Origin: Camelus dromedarius
Lineage: Eukaryota
Reading direction: 5' to 3'
Length of the DNA stretch: 64,000 bases
NCBI RefSeq assembly: GCF_036321535.1
Contig: NC_087436.1
Coordinates: forward strand, 71,426,001-71,490,000
In this document: in pieces, positions 1 through 14,346 of the stretch
Layout: each line of letters opens with the position of its first letter
How positions within the stretch are numbered: position 1 is the first letter of the stretch
Program-made: the position numbers and the translations under genes
Notes under the pieces: generated by a model
What the model was told of the DNA's origin: nothing
What the model saw: the letters and a program-made list of their open reading frames with translations, nothing else
Database searches by the model: none

Positions 1-2095
1 AACTGCGTCTCTTTGATGGAGGGCGTTCCTACTAGAAAACAGCTTTATGAAAAGTGTCAGGGTCATCTTTAGAAACCCAAAGAAAACAAAACAAAACCCC
101 CCAAAAAAGCCTGCCACCAAGAAGGCAAAGAGAAGGAAAAAAAAAAAAAAAGCCACAGCACAACTCAATTATTCAGCTGCACACAACTGTGCCTGTCAGG
201 TCTTCGTAACAACACTCACTTGAATTTAATTAAGTTTGTCCCTGTAGCCTGTGAACTACTCTGCCAGACCTGCCGGAATGGGATGAAAAGCCTGAAGGCA
301 GACCCCGTGAGGCCATGGTTGATAAGGAGGGGCACTGCTTTCTGAGGTTAGGTAAATTCCCAGCCCCTTGCGCAGAAAATGCCCTGGGGAGAACCTTTTG
401 AAGGCAGCATTGGAAGTTGGGTGGCCTGGGAGCCGAGACGGATGAGAACTTTTCCCACCAGGGACATGTCTGCCCCCTCTGGAGTCCTGGGGCTGAGGGT
501 AAAATGCCTGGCTTTGGGAACTCTGAAGTCAAACAATTAGATCCAAGTGCCAGCCCTGCCACTTACTAGCTCTTTGGGGAAGTGCACTAATCTCTTTGAG
601 TCTCAGTTCCTTCATTTTGTGAGCTAGGAAAGATCACAATTAAGTGAAGTAACATTGGTAAAATGCCTGACACTATTGGCTTGACAATGATTCTTCTCAT
701 TTCCGTGCTTAAACCTCTAAAATGTATTGTCATTTATTACAGAATAATTTCCAAATTTGATAACATGGTAGTGAACTTCAAAATATGCCAGCAGCCCATG
801 CCTGTTGCCTCCAAATGCCTCACAGAAATACCCACCTTCTCCACTCAGCTTTCTCCCTCCTGTACCTGTGCAAAAACATTTTCCCTGGGCAGAAATATCC
901 TGTCATTCTTCAAGATCTCATTCTAGTGTCCCCAAACACTTTTGTTTTACCTCTCCCAGGAAGTTAGCCATTCCAGCCCTAGAGTTCTCATAGCACTTGG
1001 ACTTTTCTCAATTAAAGAATCGGTATTACCCATTAAATCGAATGTTTCTCCCCAAATAAATCATAATCTCATGGGTATGGTTGGGTACCATTTATTTTTA
1101 TATTATTCCAGTATTTAACAAAGCATTCGATAAATATTTAATTGACAAAGGGATAATTTCCAGAATATCTCTATTTGCATCACTTCAAAATTTACATTTA
1201 AAATATTCTAGGAAGGGAATGCTTATTATTTCTGGCACCTCCCTACCCAGAGTATCTCTACAGAAATCAATAAACCTGAAGTTTGAATTATAGTAAAGAG
1301 GACTAAAATAAGAATAAAAGAGTTAGAAAGTGAATGAATACTAATTTTTGAACCTATAAACAGCTTGACCAGAGTATGCTGGAAACCCTTTCCTAATAAG
1401 ATAACAAATCCAGTGCAGAGACAAGATATGGTAAATATTAGAAATGTTAGCTATTCAAATATTTTCTAGCAGTTTCATTTCACTAAAATCAAATTATTAT
1501 TTGTTTTAAACCACTTTGTTTTGATTAAAAAGTTTGATGGAAATTATTTTTATTAATCTGATTTTAATTTAGCAATTTTTCTTTCTGAAGTTTATTCTAT
1601 TGATGAAAAAAGACACAATTGGAACCCGAGATTTATAACATTTTAGAATTCAGAAGTACCTGAGATATGACCTAGACCTCCATCCTGTTTTTTACGAGTG
1701 AGAAAACTCTAGGACCTGGAAATGTTAAGAAACTTGCCCAAGCCTTGCTACTAGTCAGACTAAAATTGAGTTATCTTGTCTCCCCATTTCAATCTCTTTC
1801 TAGCAGGCCACTGAAAGGTAGAACCACCTGGTGCTATGGCAATGGTGGGAACCTTTGAAGACTGGACATTTTTTATAATGAACTCACCTTGCCCAGATCT
1901 AAGCTTCTGGGCAGCTTAGGATCAAGAGAATCACATCTCCTTCACAGCTGACTTGAAAGGCCAATCTTCATTAGCATTCTTCATAATATTATTAACTTAT
2001 TATCTGGCTAGCACTTGGAATTAAATCTTAACTTCTAGTAATGTTAACTTCTAATAACTGAGGCCATTTTGACCTCAGTCTTTCTCTGACTAGAA

Positions 2096-2645
2096 CAGTT
2101 CTCCACTTATGTGTGGTCCATGCACCAACACCTACCTGCAAAAGTGAGGTCAAGGAACTTGCATAGCAGGGGGAGGGTACAGCTCAGTGGTAGAGCGCAT
2201 GCTTAGCATGCATGCGGTCTTGAGTTCAATCCTCAGTACCTCCATTAAAAAAAATTTTTTTTAAATAAATGAACCTAATTACCTCCCTCCAACAAAATTT
2301 TGAAAAAAGAAAGAAAGAAAAAGAAACTCACCTGGTGTGTGATGTTCTACCACGTTCATTTGTATGATTGGTGGGCAAAGCTAACTGGACAGGCTGTATT
2401 AATTGCCTATATGAATGCTTCCAATGAATGTGTAATCATTTTTGTAATTCTTTTTTTCTGTTATGTTTGTTCTGATATCACTAATTGAAATATGCTTTTA
2501 TGCTGCTGAATCTAACTAAGAAATATGGGCTTATATTTTATATGTGGTTTTCTTCATTTCATTTTAATGGTAATTTTTCTTGTATTTTATAAACGTATTG
2601 CAAAAAAAAATTTCCCTTCACCACAGATAATTTGAGAAACACGGT
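2096..2645. mobile_element. Old hAT-Charlie-like DNA transposon fragment interrupted by the SINE
   Basis: Ends cagttctc... / ...ttgagaaacacgg resemble Charlie-type TIRs; subfamily not assigned. Confidence 0.4.
2169..2325 (+). mobile_element. tRNA-Ala-derived SINE (camelid vic-1-like)
   Basis: GGGGAGGGTACAGCTCAGTGGTAGAGCGCATGCTTAGCATGC...GTTCAATCCTCAGTACCTCCA plus A-rich linker, AACCTAATTACCTCCC motif and A-tail. Confidence 0.85.
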
Positions 2646-3422
2646 TCTAGAAATCTGCTTCTCATTCATACTCCGGCCCTACTGTTTGTCTCTTACTCCC
2701 AAGAAGTAGGCTCTCTCCCAAGCTCTCTCTGCCTTCACATTTAGAACTCCCGCCTGGAATGCCCTGCCCACAGGTCTCCTCAGGGCCACCAGGGCAATCC
2801 TGGCGAGCCTCCCTCATCCTGTGCTCTAAGCAGCATGCCCTCATCTAATGGCCCTTTTGTTTATTTACTCAGTCAATTTCTTTGCCTAGGTCTTACTGTT
2901 ATTTAAACTCCCCTTGCTTCTTTGTTTCTCTACTTGTTTATTATCTATTAGGATTTTGTCTAGTTCACGATTATCGCCCTGGTGCCTAGGACTACACCTA
3001 CCACATACTGTCACCACACCAATATTTGTGGGATGTTGCCGAAGGAAGCCCCATGTGTTGTTTCAGGCCCATTGTAAAAATTACATTATTCTCATCCTTG
3101 CCGCAGGCCTATAAGGTAGTTACTGTTATCCCCATTAACAGTTGAGGAATCTGACATTCAAGAAATTAAGGAACTTATCTAGGATTACATAGTCACCAGG
3201 GAATTTATGATTTCTAAACTCCCCACTGTGGTAGGGAAGAAACTCTTTCAGACCTTGACCTCAGTAGTCAGTTGCCAACATTAGAACCAACAAGAGGTAT
3301 TATTCAAGTATTTTGGAAAATTTTCTGCTTCCAATATAGGCAGAAAAGGTATGTGGCTTATTTTAAACTGAAAACACAAGAATGGTTGCTAATATACATG
3401 AGTGCGCCTCAAAGTATCTCTT

Positions 3423-3595
3423 TAGGGTTTCAAGGTAGCAGCGAACAAAGGTACAGAATTGCTAGTCAAATTTGAGTTTCCAATAAACAATAGGTAATTT
3501 TTAGTATGTAAGACATATTTATACTAAAAAAAGTATCATTGTTTATCTAAAATTCAAATTTAACTGGACGTCTTTTATTTTGTCTGGCAACCCTA
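3423..3595. mobile_element. MER53 palindromic MITE
   Basis: tagggtt...aaatttgagtttccaataaacaa...ttgtttatctaaaattcaaatttaactggacgtc...tctggcaacccta matches the MER53 consensus as I recall it. Confidence 0.8.
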
Positions 3596-6500
3596 ATTCA
3601 GGAGTAAAAATAATAATGTTAGTCACAAAAATCAGTGGCCATTTCACAAATGGACTGAAGTTTAAAGCTAAGGAAGTGTTTCAGGAATATGCAAATTTCT
3701 TCCCAGACGATTTTTATAAAGTTTCTGAACAATTACATTCCTAACAGGGTTCTACCATCAGGCAGACATGGGTGGGATTATTTGCCAGAAATGAAACAAA
3801 TGTTTGTTTCAGTGTGACAGATTTAAAGGGATCTATGATAATTCATCATTTAAAAAGAAACAACCAAGGAATGATTTGCTAACAGTAAACAAATATGTGA
3901 GAATGATTATATAATAGTTATCAGCTGCTCTGAATTTCCACTGAGGTCAGGACAAGAAATACATGACTGAAGCTAGAGCATGAGGCATTTAATTTGTTTT
4001 GGATGTAGTGTTTAAGGACTTCCTGAGAGTTAAGTTTCTAAAGGCTTGTGTGTGGCATCCCTTGATAAAAAACGCTCAGCCTGGCTTCAGTCAGCTCCCT
4101 TGACAAGCCGGGACTGGTTTCAGCTGTAGGCCAAAAATGCCGTGTCAGGGGTGTAAAATGAGGAAAGACTGATTTGGATCTCAGAGATGTCAAGGAATAA
4201 AAATGTCTCCATAATCGAGCTCAGGCCACCACGGTTTACTGTAGACTTTCCTAAACCAGGCATGCACACTGGTGTATCAGGTTGTTACGAGGGCCCATAA
4301 CGAACTCTTCTGGGAAATGTTGCATTCCGTAATCCACTCCCAGAGTCAACACACATAAACATACTACAGAGTGTAAAAATCCTCATTGTTTTTATCCTGA
4401 GTTTTCCAACTTGACGAAACCAAGGAAAAGCCTCCCCTCCCCCACACCTTTTTTTTTTTTTTCAAGAAATACATATTAACAGGTCACAGAGAGTGGTGTT
4501 TTCCGTGACGACGTTTTGCAACTTCTGTGTGTCTGAATTCTGTCTGAAGGCTTGAATGTGGCCCCTGCTTCAACCTCTGAAGAAGAACCTAACAGAAACA
4601 CCTGCCAAGTCAATCCTACAGAATGCTCGTGTCATCATCCCTTAAGAGCTGTTTGGTTTTCTTGACAAATTTGCCTCTTCTCAAAAGCACTAACAAGTAG
4701 TAAGATGCAAAGAAACTTTAAAGAATAGAGGCCCACTAAGCCTCTAAGTCCTTAACCTCCCATAAGTGAACGATGAGGCACCAGGGGAGATGTGTTCAAC
4801 CGTTGTATGACTCCGTTGTGGGAAAGGGTAGGTCTCTCACTCCTCCGTGAGTCTTCACTTCTTCTCCAGACTAGGTTATAGCACTCTAGATGTCTGTTCT
4901 CTCAAAGTCCTTGCACTTTTTTTTCTTGAATTCATGCCTGTGTTTTCTGTTAGACTATAACCTCTGTGGGACATGGATAGCATTTCTCATTCACTGCTGT
5001 CTCCTCAGTATTTAGCCTAGCGTGTGACACATAATAGGTACTCAATAACTATTTTGATCTTAATTCAGTTTCTTCCTATTATCTCCGACTTGGTGCCTGA
5101 GTAGGTGAATGAATGCACAAATATACTTTACCTTTAGTAGAAAAAAACAATCAATGCTAATAAAACACTTTGAAATTTTGGGGGGAAACAGACAAATAAG
5201 TGGGGAAAAAATGGCCCCTTATTCACCCTCACAAATTGGAGACTTATGGCCAATCAACATTATTAACTGAAATTGTTGAGAGCCTTCATGCCAAGTCAGT
5301 GATGAAACACTGCTCTTGGGCTTGCAGTTCAGGAATGCATAATCCTGCCTCAGGAAACCCATCCAACCCGGTTTCTCACTGCTAACTGATGACAGCTTTG
5401 TGATCAAGACAGGCTGACAGCCCCAGCCCTCGTGCATGTACGTCACATATGCACACAAATACACACAGCTATTCCTAGTTTTGTACCTCAATTCAAGTGC
5501 TTCCATGTCTAGAATTCCCTCCTTCTCTTTCCTATATATTCATAGAGCACCTATCCTTCCAGGACCTGCTCAAGGCTTTCTCTAATGCCTCCAAGGCCTC
5601 AGTGGTCTTTATTTCTTTAAACTTCTTCTTAATTCCTGCAGAATAATTAGCACCTTGTATACTATCTTGCTCTCTTATCGGCCGCGTATAATTCAGCACT
5701 TTACTACGTCAGTATAATTTAATATAACATCATCTCACTGCCAAGTTGTTTATATGTATTATCACTTAGTATTCTGAAATATTATTAAATATTTCACAGT
5801 TCTTTTATAACCTACAGCATCTATTATGAAATTGCTTCTGTTTCCCGGTAATGAGTATATTATACAAAAACTGCCATTTGAGACCCACTTGACTTTTTAA
5901 AAGATGAACATCCAAAGAGCATAGGATTTCTAAATGCTTTATCATCAGGAGACTGAGTGAAGGAAATGGAAAATAATCTATTATGTAAGAAGCATTCTGG
6001 GTAATATTTCACTTGTATTATCAAATTCAATTCCTAAATTTTCTGACAAGGGAAAAAGAAGGTGATACCCTCTTGAAACCTCATGCCCATCGTTCTAAGT
6101 TCATACATATTATTTGAATACTAACTTTACTCAAATAATAGCCTAGGGGATAGAAAAAGCACCTCATTTGAGAGTAAAGTATTTCAAAACCTAATGGCTT
6201 TAGAGAAAGTCAAAGTAGCTTTATTAAACACACAGATTTTAAAAAGGCAAAAATACCAAACCATCAACACAGAGAAAGAGAAAAACAACATGAAAACCCC
6301 ATCTTCCCTCCTAAATTTCTCAACTTTCTGGCAAATAAGACCTCAATCTAACATTGACAGTTGAGATATTCTTGAAATGAGGGAACAAACATGAATTTTA
6401 GATTAAAGAAAGACACTTCACCAAGGACATGATCCCCAAAAAGCATTTAAAGTCAAGGCAAAGACACAGTAATTACTTTATTTACTCCTATACATTGTGA

Positions 6501-6669
6501 TCACAGCTGTTCACGCTGTCCTGGCAGTTGAACCATTAAACGTTTTCCTAAAGTGAAAAAAAAAAATTCAGTTTCTAATAGACACTATGAAGTATATTAT
6601 CATCCTTGCTCTTGTAGATGTGGAAATTGAGGCTTAGGCACATTAAGTAATGTACTCAGGAATGTGTAC

Positions 6670-6785
6670 AGAGAGACTGGAGAGAGTTTGAGAGAGGAGG
6701 GAAAACTGATAGTGAGAGATACAAAGAAACAGAGACTAAGAGACACAGAGACAAAGAAAAGAACAGAGAGTAAGAGAGAGAAAGA
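6670..6785. repeat. GA-rich low-complexity tract
   Basis: Degenerate (GA)n/(GACA)n. Confidence 0.7.
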
Positions 6786-7329
6786 ATTTGAACTGTTTGA
6801 CTTTTTTAAAATCTGTGATAAATATGAATTTATCTATTTCTTCTAAATCTATTGTGATGTAAACCTATTGTTTTCAATAGGTTTCAAAGGCTCTTAAACA
6901 GACCTTTGTCTGAGAATAAGGGATATTAAAAAAAAAGACATCAGAGTTCTATTTTTCAGTAGCACCCTAAATGTTATTTAGTCTGCTTATGCTTTTACAC
7001 TTGGAATGACTACTCAAACCCTGGATCATCATTAAAATTATTATCTGTTAATAAGCTGTTTTATAGTAGAATAGATAAATTTAATAGTTAAGCCTGCCTT
7101 AAATATGGATAATCATAACATCTAATTTATTGGGCTACTGTGTGGATTAGTAAGCTAATCCATGGAAAATGCATGGCATGTCACAGGAAGCACTGAACAA
7201 GTATCAGCTGTTCTTACAGCTATTTTATTGTTATTATTACTGTCAATCCATTATCAACAAAACCGATACTTTACTGAACAACCATGTTCAATTCTCCATA
7301 TCTATATATATACACCATTCTGGATCAGA

Positions 7330-7707
7330 GTCTGAGACATTATAAACTCCTTGTTTGCAGGTTGCCTGATTATTCTGATAAATTTGATGACATATAGCTT
7401 AGTATAGGAGGGACACAAATACAGTACTTGGAAGGCAAACTCCAAATTGTGACCTGTTGTCCTCACTTCTGCTCTGTCAGGAAAGCTTTAAGGAGGACAA
7501 GCAGAGACTCTAAAAATATTAGGCAGAGCAGAAGGGGCACAACGTGGAGCAGAATCAAGGTTCTACCAATCTCCTTTCTGGTATTCTATTACACTTAAAA
7601 GCTTTACAGTTTTGGAAACAAATCTAAATTCTTATTCTTCTTTCTCTGCTGCTGCTGCTGCTGCTGCTAATAATGCAGGCACTTGCTTTCTATGGTGTCT
7701 TTTTTTT
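7330..7707 (-). pseudogene. Candidate last detectable fossil exon, containing a (CAG)7 tract
   Basis: Strong acceptor atatttccttctcag|a, 202 bp after the previous donor; end undefined. Confidence 0.35.
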
Positions 7708-7909
7708 CTGAGAAGGAAATATATAGTGTGAAAAAACATCATCATTAAAATGCTTTCTGAATTTCAACATAGGATCTGAGGTATAAGTAAACAAGTATTA
7801 TACTTTAATGAATCAAAAGTATAAAATATGAATAAACTATTCAATTCAAACAAAGATTTAATATTCAAATTTGAGCTCTCACTCATAGTAATATTCTTAA
7901 AGAACATAC

Positions 7910-8208
7910 ACTTTTTTTCTCTCTTGAAAAATACAGTTTTCAATTGCAGTAAACTGGTTTTGACATATCCAGAGAGATTCTCTGGTAAATGTTCTTTAGC
8001 GAGAGATCCAGGAAACAGGACCAATGAGTTTCATCAAACAAATTCAAAACAGAACCGCAGAGAAATCCTGAAGACTTAAGATGTGCAGAGCATCTCCTCC
8101 ACAAAAGGCTTCCACACTATATTCGCTACTGTATGATTAATCATGACTTTCAAGATCCCTGTTGGAGAGCAGTGCAACAAACACAGGACGGCTGAAGATC
8201 GGAGATAT
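7910..8208 (-). pseudogene. Candidate fossil exon
   Basis: Acceptor gtatttgacag|a, donor AGT|gtatgt. Phase-0 ISPIFSRPVFVALLSNRDLESHD*SYSSEYSVEAFCGGDALHILSLQDFSAVLF. Confidence 0.5.
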
Positions 8209-8458
8209 CTGTCAAATACATTTTCTAATACTAAACATTTTACTGTGCTCAGAAATACAGAAAAACATTCAGTGGCGGTTTGGAATTTGTCATTCCTGTA
8301 TTACGTATATATGTATGTATTTTAAATAATCCCTCTAGCTGATACTCTACATTTAATTTCCTAGAGTCAAGGAAAAAACTAAATATTCCATGTATAATTT
8401 CATGAAAAATCCATACAAGCTATGAGAATGATCAATTCTGATACAACAGCCCACTGAC

Positions 8459-9024
8459 CTGTGGGTATATTAAATATACTGAAATTCTGAATAAATAAAA
8501 AATGCAAGGCATAAAGTCCACAGAATCATCCTTTTTTTTTTCCTTTCCAATTAAACTCTGTGTCTGCAGTTGTGTCAAGCCTAGTCTGAGGCTATTGTCC
8601 CCTAATCTCTTGTGGTTCCCAGCACATATTGCCATGTTTCTCAGAGGGTGAGCTCCGGCCCCAAATGCCTAAGCACTGTAGCGAAATCTCCAAGATACCT
8701 GGTTGTGGCCACTGGAGAGCAGAAGACAGGCTCAAGAAAGCCCCTGGGTAGCTGTATTTTTCCTTTTCACTATGAGGTAAATTTGCTTAGAAGTCTTTAA
8801 CAAAGAAAACAGCCCTTGGTTCATCTTGTTCATGTGCGGTTTTTTGTGTGAGTCTCATCCCTTCTACAGTGGGATGACATCTTAAGCTACAAGATTTAAT
8901 ATCTCAGGCCACTCTAATTTTCTTAGTGTCTGCTGAGCTTCTCTAGCAAATCATCACCCTAAGCTTAATTTTGAACAATAAAGTCCAGAGGTATGAATGG
9001 CCCCGTGGGCTATCAATCTATTCC
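8459..9024 (-). pseudogene. Candidate fossil exon
   Basis: Acceptor tttgttctctaaaag|g, donor CAG|gtcagt. Single frame NRLIAHGAIHTSGLYCSKLSLG**FAREAQQTLRKLEWPEILNLVA..., in frame with track ORF 8432-8635, ends phase 0. Confidence 0.5.
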
Positions 9025-10579
9025 CTTTTAGAGAACAAACTTCATAATTGTGTAAGATATTTTACTATTGTCCTGACAGTGGCCAAATATAACTGACTTT
9101 GAGACACTTTTTCAATGTATATTCTATACTGCTCTGACAATAAATGACTCACTTTATAGAAAAAAATAGTTTTTTTTCTGAAAATCAAATTATGATCCTT
9201 TTAGTTTAACATTAGATAAATTATGGATATGGATTCAAGAAAATGAACAGAAGAGTATACTATTAAAGTGATGAAATTGTATTAAGCAAAGGGCAAATAA
9301 ATCTGATTGCAAAACAGCAAGTATGTAATTAAATCTTATAAACTATACTTATTAATTACATTTTATGTAAAATTTGGACATATACATTATGTTATTATAA
9401 GTGAGATATTATTGGAATAAATGGATAAAACAAATCATTGGGTAATTAAAGAAAATCACAACAAAAGAGATCTAAGTAGCATGACTAGAGGAAGCAGCGT
9501 GGGAAGTGCTGGACGCCTGTAGTCTCAGCAGTATAACTGCAAACAGGGAAAAGGAAAAGGAAAAGAAGTACTGATAGTGAGTTGGAAAAATTAAATGTAG
9601 GGTTGTGCAGCCCAAGGAGATATTTAAATATCTCCAAGAAGGTTATCAAGTGTCAAAATTATGATTTATAACTTCAATTTTAAGAACATAGTAAAATGAA
9701 AATATTCAAGTCAGAAAAATTCCAAAGACCCAGAAACATGAAACAAATTCATCTAGGTCTGGAAGCAATCAACGTGTAGGTAAATTATAACTTAAAATCC
9801 AACTCAATTCAATATGTTGCCTGTCTTCTGATACCTCCTAAAGTTGAAAGCACTGTGACAGACACACATAAAAGAGAAGGAAGGGCTTTCAGAATGATTT
9901 GTTGAATCAGTGTACCACAGGGTTGCTTAGATTATGAACCCTAGTCCTTGTGTATTAGAGGAACCTAGAGCGCTTGCTAAAAATGCAAACATCATAGTCT
10001 TATCCACCTTACGGAAGTAGACTAGACATGTAGAGAACAAACAATTTTATCAAGCACATCAAAATATAATGTACACTAGAGTTTGGATATCTTCTAGGAT
10101 TTTATATATTGTGAAGGCAGAAGCAGTTCTTCAGTATAAAAGATGAAAAAAGATGAAAGATAAAATGTTTTCTACAGACCGATTCCTATCATAATTTTAG
10201 ATGTAACAAAATTTTCCTGGCAGTTGGTGAAAATAGTTATTCTAATTTTGAGATGTACACAGTAGAGATGCGATTGTTATAAGCACAAGAAGAAAAGTTG
10301 TGACAAAATTAATTTATATCTTTATTAAAAGTTATAAGAAAACATTTTGGGTTGTTTTTAGTAATAACTACTGATTGTAGCAAATCAATTTTTCATCTAT
10401 TCCTGCTTCCATACTAAAGGATTCATCATGAAAATATGCTAAAAGATGTTCACCCTCTTTGAAGAAATGAACAAATGAAAGGGCTTTGTCATATGATAAA
10501 CTTACTGGAACATGAAAAACATGGGCCGGCTGAGGGAAAAGGTTAGAAATCCAAGATGATGATGGATAAAAAGTGTTCT

Positions 10580-12670
10580 ACTGCCATGTCAACAATATGA
10601 GTTATGTCCTAAAATATCCCCCCTCCATTGTAAAATGTGAAGATACCAGGTAAATAATGACAAAATAACAGTAAATGAATTTCTGAATCACGGGAAAGTA
10701 AAAGAAAAACAAAATTACCAAAGATCAAACAAAAACAAACCAAGCAAACAACCAAAAAAAAAAAAAAAAAAAAAAACCACAAACAAATGAATCATAAGCT
10801 GAAACCAGGATAGCAAACAAAAATGGAAAACGATGCTAGCCTGGGATAAATTATAACGCCAGAAACGTATACTACTGAGAGCCATTGGCTGCACATGGAG
10901 CAACAGTAAACAGAAGCAGGGATCTACCCAAAATAACTGAATTGAAACCCCTGCAGAAATATAACACAACTAAACAGGCTATTCATTCTGTGAAAATGTT
11001 GACTGAGAAAAATTGGCATAACACGTCAGGAAGCTAAGAGGAAATCTATTTGTCTCTGGGACTCTGGATGCAAAAAATAGCAGTAATAATATAGTCTTCT
11101 CTGAGAATTAAAAATTACAAAACTTCACTCTCTCACACAAGTCTAAGATTCAAATTCACTTTACTCATGTGTTCATGGAAAATCCAAGATGAGAAATTTA
11201 TCTGGTCTCAGATTGAAAGCAACCCTCTGGCAATTTTTGAAAAACATGCCTGAGAATTTCCAGAATTATCGAAAAATATAAATCCATTTATAAGAAACAT
11301 AAGGATAGCTACACATAAGAAATTAAACCAGATTCATATCTAACCATCATAGCAAAACTGCAGAACACCAAGGACAAAAAAAAAGGTTCTTAAGATAAGC
11401 TAGAGAAAAAGTCAAAACACCTACCAAGGTATGACTGATACATCCTAAAATGTGACCTTTGTATAATTTCCTCCCCTTGTGTTTAGGCTGAATCTGTGAC
11501 TTGCTTCTAGCCAATAGAATATGACAAAGGTGATGGGGTCGTCACTCTCTTGATTTGATTTCATTACACAAGATTCTGTCTCTAGAAAAGCATGCAGCCC
11601 AGTTGGCACCTTGACTGTAGGCTTGAAAGACCCTAAACAGACAACCCAGCCCAGTTATGCCTGGACTTCTGACCACAGAAACTGTGAGATAACAAATGTA
11701 TGTTATTTTAACCACTAATTGGTGTTAACTTGTTAGGTAGCAATAGAAGACTAATGCATATTTTGGTACTGAGGGTAGGGTTTGAACTTGTACAGATGTA
11801 GATCCAGGGTCTATGGGACATAGCTAAAGCAATCGTCTAAAGAAAATTTATAGCATTTAATACATATAGCAACAAAATAAAACAAACCAATAAAACATCC
11901 AATTCAAAAAGAATAGAACTAGACCAACAAAGTAAAGCAAAATAAAACAATTGCAAGAAATTTACTAAAGGTAAACATCAACTGAGTTAGAAAACAGAGA
12001 ACAAAAAGTTGATTCTTGAAAAATGCAACGAGAGACAAATTATTAGCTGAGAAAGGGTGACAGAATGTCAAATATGCAAAGTAAGAAATGAAATGGTTCA
12101 ATATCCAAAACACAACTGAGATTCTATTGCATAACAATATGAACAAGAATTTTAAAAAACTAGATGAAATTTATAGCTTTTAGGAAGATATAATTTATAA
12201 AATAAGCTTCAATAGAGGTAGAAGGTTTAAACAGTCCAATTTTCATAGAAGAAATAAAGAAAGTTGTCAAAGAGCCTCCTCACACCATGGAAATAACTAG
12301 AACAAATGGTATGAGAGGGGAATTCTACAAAACCATAAAGACAAAATAATCTTAATTATTTTATCTATGTCAAGGCATTGATAAAGGAGCACAGCATCCC
12401 AACTGTTTTCATTACGTGAGTTCAACGTTGATACAACAGACACACACACACACATACACACATGACTCCAGACAAATCTCATTTCTGAATATAAATGTGA
12501 AATCTTAAAGAAACAGTAGTAAACAGGATCCAACAGGACATCAAGATCAAGTGGGTATTTCAGTATTAGGAAATCCATTAGTAAAATTCATCCTACTAAT
12601 AGATGTAAAAAAATTTATATGATCATGTCCATATATGCCAGAGAGGCATTTCACATAGACCAACCTCATT
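10580..12670 (+). mobile_element. Old, highly diverged L1 fragments (ORF1/ORF2) with an MLT LTR inserted
   Basis: A-rich L1-like segments (catcatagcaaaactgcagaacacc; aaatttatagcatttaatacata; ggaaatccattagtaaaattcatc). Confidence 0.65.
11430..11780 (+). mobile_element. MaLR MLT1-type LTR
   Basis: tgtgacttgcttctagccaatagaat...cttctgaccacagaaactgtgagataacaaatg...gcaatagaagactaatgca, followed by internal-sequence start ttttggtac. Confidence 0.8.
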
Positions 12671-13399
12671 TTTTTTTAAATGGCAGGTTCTGTTTCTGAA
12701 ACTGCATAGTGGACTTTCGGGAGTTTGCTTTGTTTTTATTGAGGGGGAGAATGTATGTGTAAATATTTTCATATTTTAAGAACAGGGAGAAAATGCACAG
12801 ATATAAATTATCCTCCAATGCTAATATTTCTTTTAATCCTGTTCTATTTGTGTCATCTTAACAAGTAAATGTAATTATTGATATTGTACAAACAATGCCC
12901 CCCATTTCATTTTTCAAAGAAGCAGGATGAAAAAGAAAACCATGCTGGTGTTCTTTTCGGACAGCCAAAACTTTCTGTAGGTTGTTTGAGTCATGACGCC
13001 ATGACCAAGGTATTGCTACCTACCTGCTAAACTAAACTCTAACTTATAGACAACATTTCTAGGAAAAAATAGCCTCTTCAGGGCTTTTGTGAATTTAACC
13101 CCATTAAAGAAAAGAAATAATTTGAGAACACCTAACATGTTTATGTTGGGATATGGACACTTGGTTGTTTCCTGAGAAACTTCAAGTGAGGTTTCTCATT
13201 CTTTGCTGTTACAGAAACAGCACAGTCTAGAATTCTGTGATTGAAAATAAAAAATCCATCACTTTTCCAAGGCTTCAGTGTTTCTCAGCAATAAAAACAT
13301 CAGTGGTCCCATGTTTTATATGTGACCGATGACAGACAAATGCAAACAAATTCAAATATGTATATTATTTAGATTTAACTGTAGTATGAGCAAGTCATT

Positions 13400-14252
13400 G
13401 AATGAAGTGGTTATCTGTCCAATATTGGCTTCTATCTACTCTGTTACAATCATACTAGTCAGACAACATCTGATGCAATTACACAGATTGCCTTAGCAAC
13501 TGCTTTCTACATCCCTCTTATGTAAGTTTGGCTGCTGTCCCTCAATAATTCTCAGTTGTCTCTCTCAGGCAAGACTCTGTTTGATTCATCCCATTCTCTG
13601 ACAATATCTCTAGGTGAATCCTAGGACCTCGACCTTGACAGACAAAACATGTTGCATTGCTCAGATCACAGATTGAACCATATATTCACCTTTGCTTCTG
13701 AGCAACTGATCAAGTCGGCTCCTGGCTTTAATAGCACCTGTGTTCCTGCGTACACTCATGCAGGCTGTGCACAGGGTAGATCCAGGGAGCTATTCCTTGG
13801 ACTGCAGTATGAATGGCATCCACCCCACGGCCATGCAAGGTTATTCATCACATCTGATAGGGCATATTTTCTCAAACTATACCAGAGCTCTGGTAATAAA
13901 AGTAGCTGTTTATCCCTTGTCTATCCTGTAAATGGAAAAATCTCACCTCTGGAAGGAGAACTCTGCCCTATAGGCATAAATAATGCCTTCACAGCTGTTG
14001 TGGGTGCCTTCCTGTTGCACTCTTGAAAACTCTGTATTTCGAGGGAGGATTAATAACAAGATCTCTAATTCAGCTGAACACTTAAATGAAAGGTGTTGGA
14101 GTTGTATATGCTGTCCAGGTCACAACCCTTATTTATCACTGTCTCTTAGAGAAGACAGGAGCTGGACAATCTCAGCACAGAGCCTTTGTGGGAAAAGCAA
14201 ATTTTTTACTGAAAGGTCATGTTTGTTTCATTACAAGGCAGAGGTCCAAAAC
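13400..14252 (-). pseudogene. Large candidate fossil exon (3' end uncertain)
   Basis: 94-bp upstream intron, acceptor gtttttctgttttactag|g. Pieces GIIYAYRAEFSFQR and ITLHGRGVDAIHTAVQGIAPWIYPVHSLHE. Confidence 0.5.
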
Positions 14253-14346
14253 CTAGTAAAACAGAAAAACTCAGACATTGACCCAGGCTGGGCTCTTTGC
14301 TTGATTCAAATTCTAGTTCACTTTTATTCCCCATAGGAAAACTCAC

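Noticed and set aside
2169..2244. tRNA-Ala gene calls for the SINE heads
   Set aside because: Acceptor/T stems are imperfect, each copy carries a shared SINE tail and A-rich end, some have TSDs, and the copies are mutually diverged.
13926..13946. Donor GAG|gtgaga followed by acceptor ttacag as an intron
   Set aside because: Only about 21 bp, below spliceosomal minimum size; at least one site is coincidental.
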